A stretch of DNA of 37,921 bases, taken from positions 1-37,921 of the forward strand of contig NMRA01001226.1 of assembly GCA_002633005.1 (NCBI GenBank), in the 5' to 3' direction. This document shows, piece by piece, positions 1 to 11,149 of this stretch (position 1 is its first letter; each line of letters begins with the position of its first letter). The notes under the pieces are model-generated. The model saw only the letters and a list, made by a program, of their open reading frames with translations, was not told the origin of the DNA and ran no database searches. Position numbers and translations under genes: made by a program. This stretch comes from Phoronis australis (Eukaryota; Animalia; Phoronida).

Positions 1-348
1 ATGGACGATCAACGTTTAGAGCTAATTAACATACACTGGGGAAAGTGAACTTGTAAGGTGACATAAATGAAACATTGCTGACCCCTCTAAGACGCTAAAA
101 TACTTGTAATGATATCAAGAATCAACATGAGTGCTTCAGATTTTAAACGTGGCTGTAACAACAGAACATGCTTTGGCCGTTCTACGCAACTTTGAGAGTT
201 CATGAATGTAAAGCAGACGACTTTTAATTTGTCTTGCTTTTGAGACATTAAATTGCGAAAAAGATCAAGGAAATGTGTCCCTAAACATTTTAAACTATCC
301 TTATGTAAACAACTAGTTCAACTAAACAACCTGTGTGTCATTACTTAC

Positions 349-447
349 CTCATCACGTACATCTACACTGGCCTTGTTGGCCAATAACACCTTCACTGTG
401 TCTGTATGACCACACAGTGCTGCCCAGTACAGCGGTGTCCAGCCCAT
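349..447 (-). CDS. Ankyrin-repeat exon (99 nt, one repeat: MGWTPLYWAALCGHTDTVKVLLANKASVDVRDE)
   Basis: Acceptor ...attacatAG at 448-449 and donor GTaagt at 347-348. No stop codons. Matches the GxTPLHxAAxxGH...LL...A.V ANK consensus. Confidence 0.92.
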
Positions 448-805
448 CTATGTAATATATAATGGAGATGTGTGAATGGACGATCAACGTTTAGAGCTAA
501 TTAACATACACAGGGGAAAATGAACTTGTAAGGTGACATACATGAAACATTACTGACCCCTCTAAGACGCTACAATATGTGTAATGATTTCAAGAATCAA
601 GTGTTACAGATTTTAAAACGTTACAGAACATGTTACAACTCTACGCAGCTTTGGTTCTTCACCAAGAAAAGCAGACGACATTGAACTTATTGTTTTTGGA
701 CAATAAATTGTGAAAAATTATCAACAAAATGTGTTCCTAAACAGTTTTAATCATCGTGTTTGTTAACAACTAGTTCAACTAAACAACCTGTGTGTCATTA
801 CTTAC

Positions 806-904
806 CTCAGTACGTACATCTACACTGGCCTTGTTGGCCAACAACTCCTTCACTGTGTTTGTCTGACCACCCCCTGCTGCCCTGTGCAGCGGTGTCCAGC
901 CATC
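806..904 (-). CDS. Ankyrin-repeat exon (99 nt, one repeat: DGWTPLHRAAGGGQTNTVKELLANKASVDVRTE)
   Basis: Acceptor AG at 905-906 and donor GTaagt at 804-805. Carries the TPLH motif and is a paralog of exon 349-447. Confidence 0.92.
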
Positions 905-1460
905 CTATGTAATATATAATGGAGATGTGTGAATGGACGATCAACGTTTAGAGCTAATTAACATACACGGGGGAAAGTGAACTTGTAAGGTGACATAAAT
1001 GAAACCTTACTGGCCCCTCTAAGACGCTACAATACTTTCAAGAATCAAGTGTTGCAGATTTTAAAACGTTGCTGTAACAACAGAACATGTTGCAGACGTC
1101 GATTGCCAGAAATTACAGAGTTCCTGCATAACTTGACAGCGATCCCGCCATGTTGTATTTCTTCACCGATTTTCTGGCTTCGTGTTCAATATAAAGTTGT
1201 AACGTTGAATGGACGATTGTCATTAAGAATAGAAAAGTATCAACGTTAAGTCGACAAATATATTGTTGACACAATTCAAACCTCAATGTTTCATAAGATG
1301 CATATACACGGTACAGATTGAAAAATACATGTTGAAATCATGAGATATGAAAAGTGTATTTACACACAAAATATTTAGTTAAACTTCAGATAGTCTACAG
1401 CTTTTGTAATAAAGATAACATTGTCTTAATTCTAATGTCGTCTCAAGTAGTTTCTATTAC

Positions 1461-1556
1461 CTTGTCTCGCACGTTTACATCGACCCCACCCTGCACCAGC
1501 ACCCTCACCACCTCCGTCCTGCCCCTCCCTGCTGCCAGATGAAGTGCTGTGTGGTC
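1461..1556 (-). CDS. Ankyrin-repeat exon (96 nt: DHTALHLAAGRGRTEVVRVLVQGGVDVNVRDK)
   Basis: Acceptor ...ttgtttctgcAG at 1557-1558 and donor GTaata at 1459-1460. Matches the ANK consensus TALHLAA.G..EVV..L...G.DVN..D. GC-rich relative to its flanks. Confidence 0.9.
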
Positions 1557-2375
1557 CTGCAGAAACAATGAACAAGATATAGCAAACTTCACAATCATTA
1601 ACTTCACTGTGAATCTTAATTACTCATCATGCAAAGGTTGAAATACCACATTTGTACACATATTCTCTGTTAATTTGATGTGAGTAAAAGATCTAATTAA
1701 ATTTTCTTTTGTTAGCCACCTGAACGGGTATTTTGCTAAAAATAATTTTTGACACAAAATACCATGTATTGGACAGCAATGTTGAAGCTAAATGTGCTCT
1801 GTATGAAAGCAGCGATTATGAGGCTAAAACTTACGGGGCTGCCTGATATTCTTAGTATATCTACCCGAATACCTGCTGGGTGCATCAATTGATAAACACG
1901 GTGAAACTAAGTTATATGTCCAGTTTCACTTCTGCCCGAGGACCAAAATAGTTTCTAACGAATTTGGGTCATTAACAAACAGGAACGAAATTATGAAAAA
2001 AGCATCAATACATGATTAAAATGATATTGGAATTGGCTATTATTAAAATACATCTGAAGTATGAAGTAGTTTAAGGAATATTCAATTAGGCAATTTTTGG
2101 TAGGCCAATATGGTGTTTTACTGATTAGGAACAAATGCAGAGAGAACACATTCAACTTGTCAATGACTTGGTAACTGGTAAGTTAAACCTCCTAGAAAAG
2201 AATAAACCCTTCTATACAAATTAAGCACATGATGAAACACATTTTACCAAACCATTCTTCTTATAAGACTGATGGTCAATCAATCACGTGGTTCACATTT
2301 TGCCGAAAATCCACACGAATTGTTCTGATGTTCTGAGTCTCCAGACGTCGAGGCAGTTGCTTGGCCAAGCGAACT

Positions 2376-2510
2376 GCTGCTTTTAAAAAGAGCGTTTTGC
2401 CGGCCAGTTTTCGCGTGTACACGCGATAAATTGATACATTTGCCTGTTCTTGAATATATTTAAAGGGGCATTTCCTTATCACAAGGAGCCAATTAAAGAG
2501 ACTATGACCA
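2376..2510. repeat. ~130 bp segment present in inverted orientation at ~4850-4977 and continuing at 6545-6553
   Basis: The reverse complement of ~2410-2480 (TGTGATAAGGAAATGCCCCTTTAAATA...CAGGCAAATGTATCAATTTATCGCGTGTACACG) is seen at ~4874-4943. Confidence 0.85.
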
Positions 2511-2699
2511 TGACAAATATCATGAAACGTACTGCATCTTGAGTTTATCGACACGCGTTTGACATTGTAAATGCTGTGTTTCGGCATGGACACTATTTTC
2601 AAACTTGTATAAAAAGTTTGACATGATAAATGATTTACCTTATTCAACATATTGTTTTTGATGTTGCGTAAAGAACGAAAAGTCAAAAATATGCGGTGT

Positions 2700-4630
2700 C
2701 CAAGACTTTCATATTCAGTACGGAACGATCACGACCTTTTCATGACAAGCAAACAAGGACTACAAAAAAGTCAACATCAACATAAGCTGCCTCTACTTGC
2801 CGACGGCCACTTGGACCCGACGGTTGCTTGGATAAAATATAGAAAACAGACGTATAAGTAACGTGCACAAATGCAAAATTATGTGTCATAGAGTCATATC
2901 CTCCATACCAAAAATAATGATATCATGTTGCACCGCAAAAGTTAAATTTATCTTTTAATCAAATTCTCATGAAATTACCATCTCATCTAATACAGAGGAA
3001 TTCACTTTCCCTTGTTAATAAATTTACAGAAAAATCACGCATTTGCAGTTGACAGATTTTATTTTTGAAACTTGGAAATAAAAGAAAATGCTCTGTCATC
3101 AACAGAAATTAAAAATATTTACGAACAAAACTTGAAAAGACCAGGTGAGCTGGTTGAAATCTGTTTCAGTGGTGAAGAATTACATCCAATATTTCAATTT
3201 AGTTTGTTTATCGGGTTCCAAGCCTCTAATAAAAGATAATTTGGGAGTTAATAACTAGACATGCATTTGCACGTCAACACTGCATTTCATTTCACTGAAA
3301 TGTTCAAAACCTATATTTGAGCATTCAATGGCTTCTGAGTTAAATCAAGCAACGCAATAGCGATCGTTTCAATTGTGTTGAGAAATAAATGTTTAGTTCA
3401 CAATATATTAGTGACAATTAGAACAGAGAATCTAGTTTAAAGATCAAGAATTGGCCCATGTCGCTTCTTACTTTACAAGCGCAATTCCCAGACCCGAGTG
3501 TTCACTAGTTACATGTACCTACAGCAGGGTGATAATCACTCCTAGTGATAAATTTCATGACTCGCTTTCATCAAACGAGAGACAATGAAATTTGAAAAGT
3601 CAGCCCCACAACCATGACAAGAACGTCACTCTTTTAAAACACAGTTGCGTCGTCACCGTTAACTAACAGCTATTATTAAGCACATTCTCCACGCGTTAGA
3701 ATGTTGCAATAGTACAACTGTACAGACTCAAAGTCTCATGCAAGCTGAGGATTTGGCCACCGGTATAAACTTGCAATGTGCGGCTTGGAATTTCCAACAT
3801 ATGATTAGTGAGTTTTTATATGTACATGTACATTTCTGGCAGATACATGGCAAATATGGTGCAACTCCCATGGATCCTACTAACATTTACTTTGTTGCCA
3901 CAAGAAGTTCAAAGGAACACTAACAGAGAAAATTCCCATTGATGTATTGGTTGTAAACACACATGTAGCGCGTGAGTATGAAATAGTGCTGAATACGACT
4001 TTGACACGTTTTGTTGACTAGTTTTTGGATCCTTTTCAAATTTTACGATGGGCCGAAAAATGTTCTTAACCACAACAGAACACGTGATCACAGGTCACAA
4101 AACAGCGATGTATCCAGTAATTCTGCAACGATTAACTGAACAAATTATGTGGTGGAAATGCGTATTGTTTTAAGTAATGTGTTGAGATTGTCCAATTACA
4201 ATATCCTGGACAGTACCGTATTGCTACACTGTTCGGTCCCGTTGTTTGAGGTAAATGCAGGGAATCTTGATTTGGAAATATCAGGCAACAGCCTGTTTGA
4301 ACATGTTTCTCATTTTTCTTTTCATCGCAAACGACATCAAACGACTGAATGACAACCTAGGCATACTAATAGACGAACCTCAGCCACGACTTGGTTTTCA
4401 GCAGACCAGTTTTGGGCTGCAAAGTATTGCAAAGTAGACGCGACATTTATTGGAACAAGCACCCAGTGCTCTACAAATCGCCACCTTTAACTCGTGAATA
4501 TCTTCAATAAGGCGCCAATAGCTATGCCAATTGCCCACCTCTCCTTTAACTCTATGAAATTGATTTTCAAAACTGCAAGACGCGTTTAAAAAGCGCTTAA
4601 CAGATCAAAGTTTGGAGTCGCAGTGTTTTA
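2700..4630. repeat. Old intronic duplication, copy 1 (copy 2 at ~6660-8750)
   Basis: Colinear diverged blocks: 2722~6672 (GAACGATCACGA...CAAACAAGGA), 3905~7585 (AAGTTCAAA.GAACACTAAC), 4555~8674 (TGAAATT.ATTTTCAA.ACTGCAAGA.GCGTTTAA). Confidence 0.75.
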
Positions 4631-4648
4631 TGTTTACAGTGGTCGTCC

Positions 4649-4711
4649 TTAGGGTTAGTGTTTAAGGTTAAGGTGAGGGTTAGGGTTAGGTTTAGGATTA
4701 GGAATAGGGTT
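4649..4711 (+). repeat. Short degenerate (TTAGGG)n-like tract
   Basis: TTAGGGTTAGTGTTTAAGGTTAAGGTGAGGGTTAGGGTTAGGTTTAGGATTAGGAATAGGGTT. Confidence 0.7.
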
Positions 4712-5041
4712 CTCCTCTCCTCCGTCTTGAGAAGACGTGGCAGTGGTCTGGCCAGGCGAAGCGTTGCTTTCAACCCAATTTAGAACGTCTGCACGTCAAA
4801 TGAATGTCAGACAACTCAAATAGAAGAATTCTAGCTTGATGGTGATTGACCACGGTCTCTTTTATTGGTTCATTGTGATAAGGAAATGCCCCTTTAAATA
4901 TTTTCAAGAACAGGCAAATGTATCAATTTATCGCGTGTACACGTGAAAACTGTAGCCTAAGGCAAAGCGCTATTTTTCAAATTCATATTCAAATTCATGT
5001 ATTTCAACATTTAAGGCCTTGGACCACATGTTACATAAAAT

Positions 5042-6218
5042 TTACAGGATAACGCTGAGCAGCTTTTCCCTGAGAGCAGTGGCGTGAAATACAAATTTCA
5101 TTAGATTAATCTGAGCGATGGGCTCCGACATTTTCATTAGTTTTACAAATTTCTGTTTATTTGGTTCACGCCAGCACCACTCAGGTATAAATGCAGTTCT
5201 CAGAGAGCAGTACATTTTACAAACACATATAAAATGGTATTCATCTTCAATTAAGGACACACAGAAACAACACACACGTCCACATTTTGACTGAAAACGT
5301 TTAATTGAAAAACTTGCTTTCTGTGCCTGGTGAGACAAAGTTTCCGTAGCTTGCGTCCAGACTAACTTAGGTGTAAGGCAAATATCCAGGTACTTATATG
5401 ATGAGACGACATCAATTTTGTCATTTCCAAAATGCCATTTTTCGTATTTTCTCAATGGTCCGCCTTTCTAAATACCACTATTTTTGTTTTCGTAAGGTTG
5501 ACTTTCATACCCCAATCCTGACAGTATTCATGCAGAACGTTGTTGCTGTAGTTTAAATGTTGTCTCTGCACAACCAACTATATCATCAGCGTAAAGCAAC
5601 ATACAAATTTGAGGCACATTCTGATTTACGTAAATTCCGCTTATTAAAGATTCTCTTAAGTAATCAACAAACTCGTTCAAATAGTTACATAGTAAATAAA
5701 AAGGACTAAGCATACACCCTTGGCGAGTACCAATATTATTATTGAAAAAGTCAGTTAACCCACGCTCAGTTCTTACACACGCTCTTAGCTTTGAATACAT
5801 ACTTTTTATCAATTTTAAAACACTACCATGTATTCCTATTTTTTGAAGCCTATTCAACAAAAAATTATGTGAAATGCTGTCAAAGGCCCGAGAAAAATCC
5901 ACGTATATAGCATAAAATCTGCCCCTGCGCTTACTCAAGTACTTATGAACAATTCCTTGTAAGGTAAAAATTTGGTCTATTGTACTATACCTCTTTTTAA
6001 AACCAGCCTGAGCTTCGTTAAATAAGTCATTATCGTTGGCCCAACTTGTTAGACGAGCGTTTATGAGTTTCGTAAAAATTTTCCCGAGAACAGGCAGAAG
6101 TAAAATACCCCGATAATTATTTACGTCATTGACGTCCCCTTGCTTATGCAATGGAAATATTATAGCATCACACCAGGACTGAGGAACTTCCCCTGATCGT
6201 AGAGCACTATTAAAAATG
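5042..6218 (-). pseudogene. LINE ORF2 reverse transcriptase remnant
   Basis: Motifs NYRGILLL, QAGF, VDFSRAFDS, GTRQGCMLSP, LLYADD, YKYL and C-terminal CCFC..IEDEYHFICVC. Frameshifted around 5460-5530. Confidence 0.92.
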
Positions 6219-6285
6219 TTTGTACATTCCAGACTGTTGTACGTATTTCGCTTGTCCTTGAAGGCTCTGGGCCATGGCCAAACTG

Positions 6286-6534
6286 CTAGGCATTTCTGTA
6301 GATTTCATGCTTGATTTCTTTAACCATTTTCTCTGCATCATCGTAAATAAACTGTTTTCCACGCCAATAGAGCTTGTTGAATTGTATAGTTGCATTCTCC
6401 ATATTGTTTTCGTTTGAAAACGTGTACAGCTCCTTTCGTGCTTTTCTTACTTTCATCGAAAAATCTTCAGAGATATGAATTGATTCATTGGTAATTTTCT
6501 TCCTTTTGCTCATCACTTTGCGTTTGTCCTTCGA
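6286..6534 (-). pseudogene. LINE ORF1 C-terminal fragment
   Basis: KDKRKVMSKRKKITNESIHISEDFSMKVRKARKEL...IQFNKLYWRG resembles the I.I.EDF....R..RK.L...KL...G pattern of L1-like ORF1 proteins. It lies directly upstream of ORF2. Confidence 0.7.
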
Positions 6535-6659
6535 CGCTATTTTTAAGAGCAACGGTAAGAATTTTCTACTTCGTACCACAGATTTTAAGATAATAGATAA
6601 TTTACTTTAGGGTGTTGTTTTAAGAGGGAAATGTTAAAAATTTTGAATTTTCAAAGAAT

Positions 6660-8750
6660 TTCATATGCAAAGGGACGATCACGATTGCTTTGATGACAAA
6701 CAAACAAGGAGTACAAAAAAATTCTGCATCTTGAACATAAGCCGCACTTTGATGTAACGTCACGACTAGCAGACGGTCACTTGAATCACACGGTTAGTAA
6801 ATGGACAAAATAAATAAAAAATACGTACAGATGTGTACAAATGGAAAATAATGCTTAATAGAATAATGCACTCATAACCAAAATTATAAAAACATGTTGA
6901 ACCTTAAAACAACTGACTGTTTGAAAAATATCTTCATGTAAATAAAGCCTTAAAATATCGTTTTTTAGAAATCACCCAAGAAGTGCAATGCATCATGTGA
7001 ACATCAATCCATCTATTAATAGAAGACAATCTGGAAATCTATAATTAGACATGCATTTGAACGTCAACACTGTACTGCGTTTCACAATAATTTTCAAAAT
7101 CTGATATACAATGTTGCAATAAAGTTGCCGTGGGATTGAAATCAAGTCAACGTCGTTGTGTTCGTTTGAATTGTATCTGCTCCCCCCACCCCACCCTAAA
7201 AATGAAACAGTAAGGGCGTGAGGAAAAACTGAGTTCATTAATTAACTGCAGTAATGAAAGGCTTGGTTTGCAGTAAAATTTTAGAATTCCGGTTTATACT
7301 GGGTACGTGATCGCGAATGGCCGAGACAAAATGTCGCCCCCTTTGTGATATCCTAGATCCGCCACTGTATTGAATTCATTCTCGACACGTTACTAATGTA
7401 CTACTGTACACACCCAACTTTTCACACCAGGTGAGATTTTGGCCACTCGTATCAAGTCGCAATATGCGACTTGGAATTTTCAACATGACCGTACTGAGTT
7501 TTTACATGTACACCTCTTGGTTGAAACCTAGCAAATATGAATCAACTCATGAGGGTCTGAACAAAATTTTGTTGCTGCCGAATTAAGTTCAAAAGAACAC
7601 TAACGGAGAAGAGCCAGATAAATGTCTAGCGTTTGCAAACATACATGTATCGCGAAAACATGAAATAATCCAGAAAGGGTTTTTGTTGAAATGTACTTTG
7701 GTTACTTTTTTAAATATTCGGATGCGCCGAAGAATATTCCAGACCACGTGATAAAACGTCACAAAACGGTGACGTTTACGATCAAGTTACCAAACTTTGT
7801 CTTGGAAAAAACGTGTAAATGTTTTTGAGAAAATTGTCCGGATTATGAAATTTTATTATCCCAGATCATGGGCGACGCAGCACTGAGGAAAGTTAGGGTT
7901 ATAGCCCCTAGACCCCTTGTGGAGCACCGCCCGTAGTCCACGGGCACTGAAAACAGTGGGGGGTACAACCACCCCCAAACCACTATGGTGCGACGCCCGT
8001 GCAGATAATAAATCCCATTGCGACACTGCTTGGTTTTGTTCTTTGTGCTCACGGTCGAGTCCCGGCAAGGGATCGTGATTAGGTAATGTTAAGTAACGGC
8101 CTGTTTTCGCAAAAGACATAAAGCGAGTAAATTACAACCCTATGTCCACTAATAGGTAAACGACGTCTTTTTCAGCGGACAAAGTTTTGAGTTGCTACAT
8201 ATAACTAGTGCAACTTATTTTTAAACAAGCAGACATAAAGTTTTGAGCAATCATTTTATTCCTTTTATTCGCACACACCATGCCAATTTTTACTTCCCAG
8301 ATCATCAGTCATATGTCATTGATTTTTAAAACTTGCTTGGGAAAAAATATTGTTCCGACTGAAACGTCAGCCAAAAAGAGTTAAGAATTTTGAGGTTGGC
8401 TAGAAAACACGTGGATGTTAACGAAATCGACACATTCGCGCCTTGGTGGCGTGCGTTGGACAAAAATAAGGCGTTGCATCATTTCTTGCAATACCAGTCT
8501 TTTGATGTTTTAGTACGCAACCATTTGGTAAAAAAACTAAATTTGCGCCTTTTTTAATTTTGAAACATTTTGTAACAAGCGCCCACTGGCCTACTATTCG
8601 CCACCCTTAACTTTTGACTAAATTTCAATAAACCGCCAACAGCTGTAGACACCCCACCATTAATTTCCCTCACTGAAATTCATTTTCAACACTGCAAGAT
8701 GCGTTTAATATGCGGTAACCGGACCAATGTTTTGAGTCGCAGTGTATTAA
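6660..8750. repeat. Old intronic duplication, copy 2
   Basis: Same colinear blocks as 2700-4630, interrupted by copy-specific insertions. Confidence 0.75.
7867..8001. mobile_element. MITE, 135 bp
   Basis: Imperfect 13-bp TIR CATGGGCGACGCA / TGCGACGCCCGTG (11/13), flanked by direct CAGAT at 7862-7866 and 8002-8006. GC-rich. Confidence 0.65.
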
Positions 8751-9559
8751 GTGTGTGGGGGTCCACGGAGACATCAAATTCTGTAAGCGACCGCGTGGTT
8801 TGAAACTGTCATCTACGATGTCTATAGTCGGTCACACACTTATTGTGTTTAAGAACAAATTCGTTTTTCAAAAGAATCCCTTCTTTTATCAATATTTAAA
8901 AGCAAAGTCCCGGATTCGGTTGATGTCTCCGAAGGAGAAGTAACCCCTCCGACATGCATGTTGGGATCACGTGTCGTTTCTAGGTTAACATACATGTATA
9001 TTCTGTAAAATTGTATGGCACGTACAGTGTATCCGGTTCCAAGGAGCAAACTCGAATTACACGGTAATGTGAAGCCGCTCGGATTGAATATTATTTCGAA
9101 GCTCCAAGGGATTTCAATGGCGGTAGAGAAAAAAGCAGTTGCACCAAACAGTAAGAACTCAATTATACGACATGAAATTTAGGAATTACTTAACGCCGTA
9201 GGCAAAATCATAATCTCAGCATTTTGTTGACGGCTTAAAACTTAATTTGACGCATTTGGTTAATTTCTTGCAACCTGAATTTAGTGACAACTAGGTCCCA
9301 AATTGCTGATATGAAACGAGTTATTATTAGTTTTGCCTTTGCCATGACCAAAATGTTAAGCACTGCCTAAAAATACAATTGCTTGGAAAAATGAATTTCG
9401 GAGAAATAGTCAACAAATGATAAAACAAAAGCAAACAATAAGCAATGCTTCTGTTCATGTCATCCGTGTTATGTAGTGTAGGTGATCAAAAGATTTGATC
9501 AGTGGGGGTTAAAGTTTTCAGTATCCAATTACGTATTAAAGGTTATATAAAAATGTGAT

Positions 9560-11030
9560 AATGGACATCTTCAATCTACACATGCCATAGTCTTGAATAA
9601 CAACTTAGTCGCGTGAACCAGAACAAAACTTGTAACACCTTCTTCGCCTGTCCCCTGCTTAGATACTGCGAAAAAAGGCGAACCACCTTTTTCAGCTTAC
9701 ATCTTTACACCAAGTAGCAGCATTTTAGACCGCTAGGGAACTGTTTTGTTAGTACTGCAAAGCTATAAAAATATAACTCAACCATATTTTTCAAGTAGGA
9801 TGTAAAGCTTATATCCAGAAAAGAATCAAATTCTTACTTCCCCTCGTCAGGTCTTCATGTACATTGGACAAAACCTGTTTGATATCCGCATGGAGCTTGA
9901 TAAAACACAGACAAATTTATCAAAATTGGGGTTCAAGTCTGTGATGACTGAATGTACCAACTAAAACGATCACATTTACTGTATGCATATATTTATTAGC
10001 GCAACGATGAGTACACATGCGTTCTGGCCAACAGCCAGACCCGAACTGACCACGAGGTCTCTAACAACGATGGAAAAAACACGCCCACTCTTTAATAAAA
10101 CAGTTACCACAAAGTCAGAGTAATTTGCAGACACAAATGAGAGTGATGACTTGACTGAACTGTCCAATCCTTCGAGATCAGTATATTGCCACAATTTGCA
10201 TTGAATATTTTCAAATTATATTCAGTTGCAAAATGATTATTTCCTGAACAGTATCTGGAGTAAGATGTCCAAAGTGGGGCAAGTTACGTGTACACTAATT
10301 AAAATCACGTCAAGACAGCACCCCAAAACTCGCAGAAACTCGTTCCAAGAATAACATATTCTTCGACAGGATTGTATGGCGATGGTCCTAATGCCTAATA
10401 TCTCTGATCACCGCATATTACTAAATTAGGAGACAATCTACAACCGCGGTTAACAGGAAAGAATTTATAAATATACCATACTGCATGACAACATGCTGTG
10501 AATGTTCTAATAGTGTTTCAAATCGCTTTCAGGTATTTTCAGCAAAATTAGCAAAATAAAAGTTGAATCATTTGTTTCCGTCATAAATTAGAAACATCAG
10601 TCCAAGGATGTCTTGTTCAATAATATAGTGCATGGGGTCATATAAAATGTATGTCAACAATTCTCCGATAAAGCCTCCCCCCAAAGAGCATCAGAACTGG
10701 TTCAGCAACAAACACTTGAAAAACATGCATCAAGCAAAAAGAGAAGTCTCTAATTTTTTTTAGGTTTTCAGGAAATCGTTTTTTTTTTAATTCTTAGTGA
10801 TAAGCTTAATTATAGCATGATTTTGTGATTCAGTGAGTCCACTGTTTAAGCTATCCCTACCTAACAAAAGCATCATGTGACTTTGGAAAGACACTTGTCG
10901 ATGGGAGTGGCTTCGCCCCCAACAGACAACCTTGGCTACAGCCACGATTCTGGCTCGCAGTGTTTAGTACGCCCTGCCACACCAGAAGTTTGTTGAGACG
11001 GACAACTATACAGGCCCAAAAATTATTGGG
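9560..11030. repeat. Intronic tandem duplication, copy 1 (copy 2 at ~11150-13050)
   Basis: Matching blocks: 9567-9606~11153-11190, 10158-10296~11187-11334 and ~10370-11010~12285-13048. Copy 1 has a ~550 bp insert at ~9607-10157. Confidence 0.85.
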
Positions 11031-11149
11031 TTGGGCACAAATCATTTTTACTTCGCCAAACAACCCCCACCCTTCGCCACCACCTCCGCCACTCCCCCCT
11101 CTCCCACGTCTGCCCTAGGTGGGGGACACATTGGAGGATTCAGGGGTGG

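Larger units (their letters stand above)
1..1095. repeat. Tandem intron+exon cassette array, unit ~457-475 bp
   Basis: ATGGACGATCAACGTTTAGAGCTAATTAACATACAC recurs at 1, 476 and 933. Each full unit holds one ANK exon. The array is cut by the window edge. Confidence 0.95.
4978..6534 (-). mobile_element. Non-LTR retrotransposon (LINE, RTE-X-like), 5'-truncated and internally deleted
   Basis: 10-bp TSD CGCTATTTTT at 4968-4977 and 6535-6544. A (TGAAWT)n-like 3' tail at ~4978-5000. Contains an ORF1 C-terminal fragment, an RT core and the C-terminal CxxC...EDEYHF...C motif. Clade assignment is from motif recall. Confidence 0.88.

Noticed and set aside
1354-1542. Plus-strand 62-aa ORF (and most other short ORFs in the track)
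   Set aside because: This is the antisense shadow of the ANK exon 1461-1556. The other short ORFs mostly use non-ATG starts and show no recognisable domains.
4649-4711. True telomere or chromosome-fusion scar
   Set aside because: Only ~60 bp, degenerate and single-orientation. Such tracts are common inside invertebrate repeats.
5528-6151. RT near a variable-repeat array as a diversity-generating retroelement
   Set aside because: The RT is a broken non-LTR LINE type with TSD and tail. The ANK exon differences are not adenine-specific, and no template/variable repeat pair was seen.
9845-9960. GIY-YIG-like 'MYIGQ' peptide on the plus strand
   Set aside because: No upstream GIY motif or other nuclease residues could be supported, so it is probably chance.
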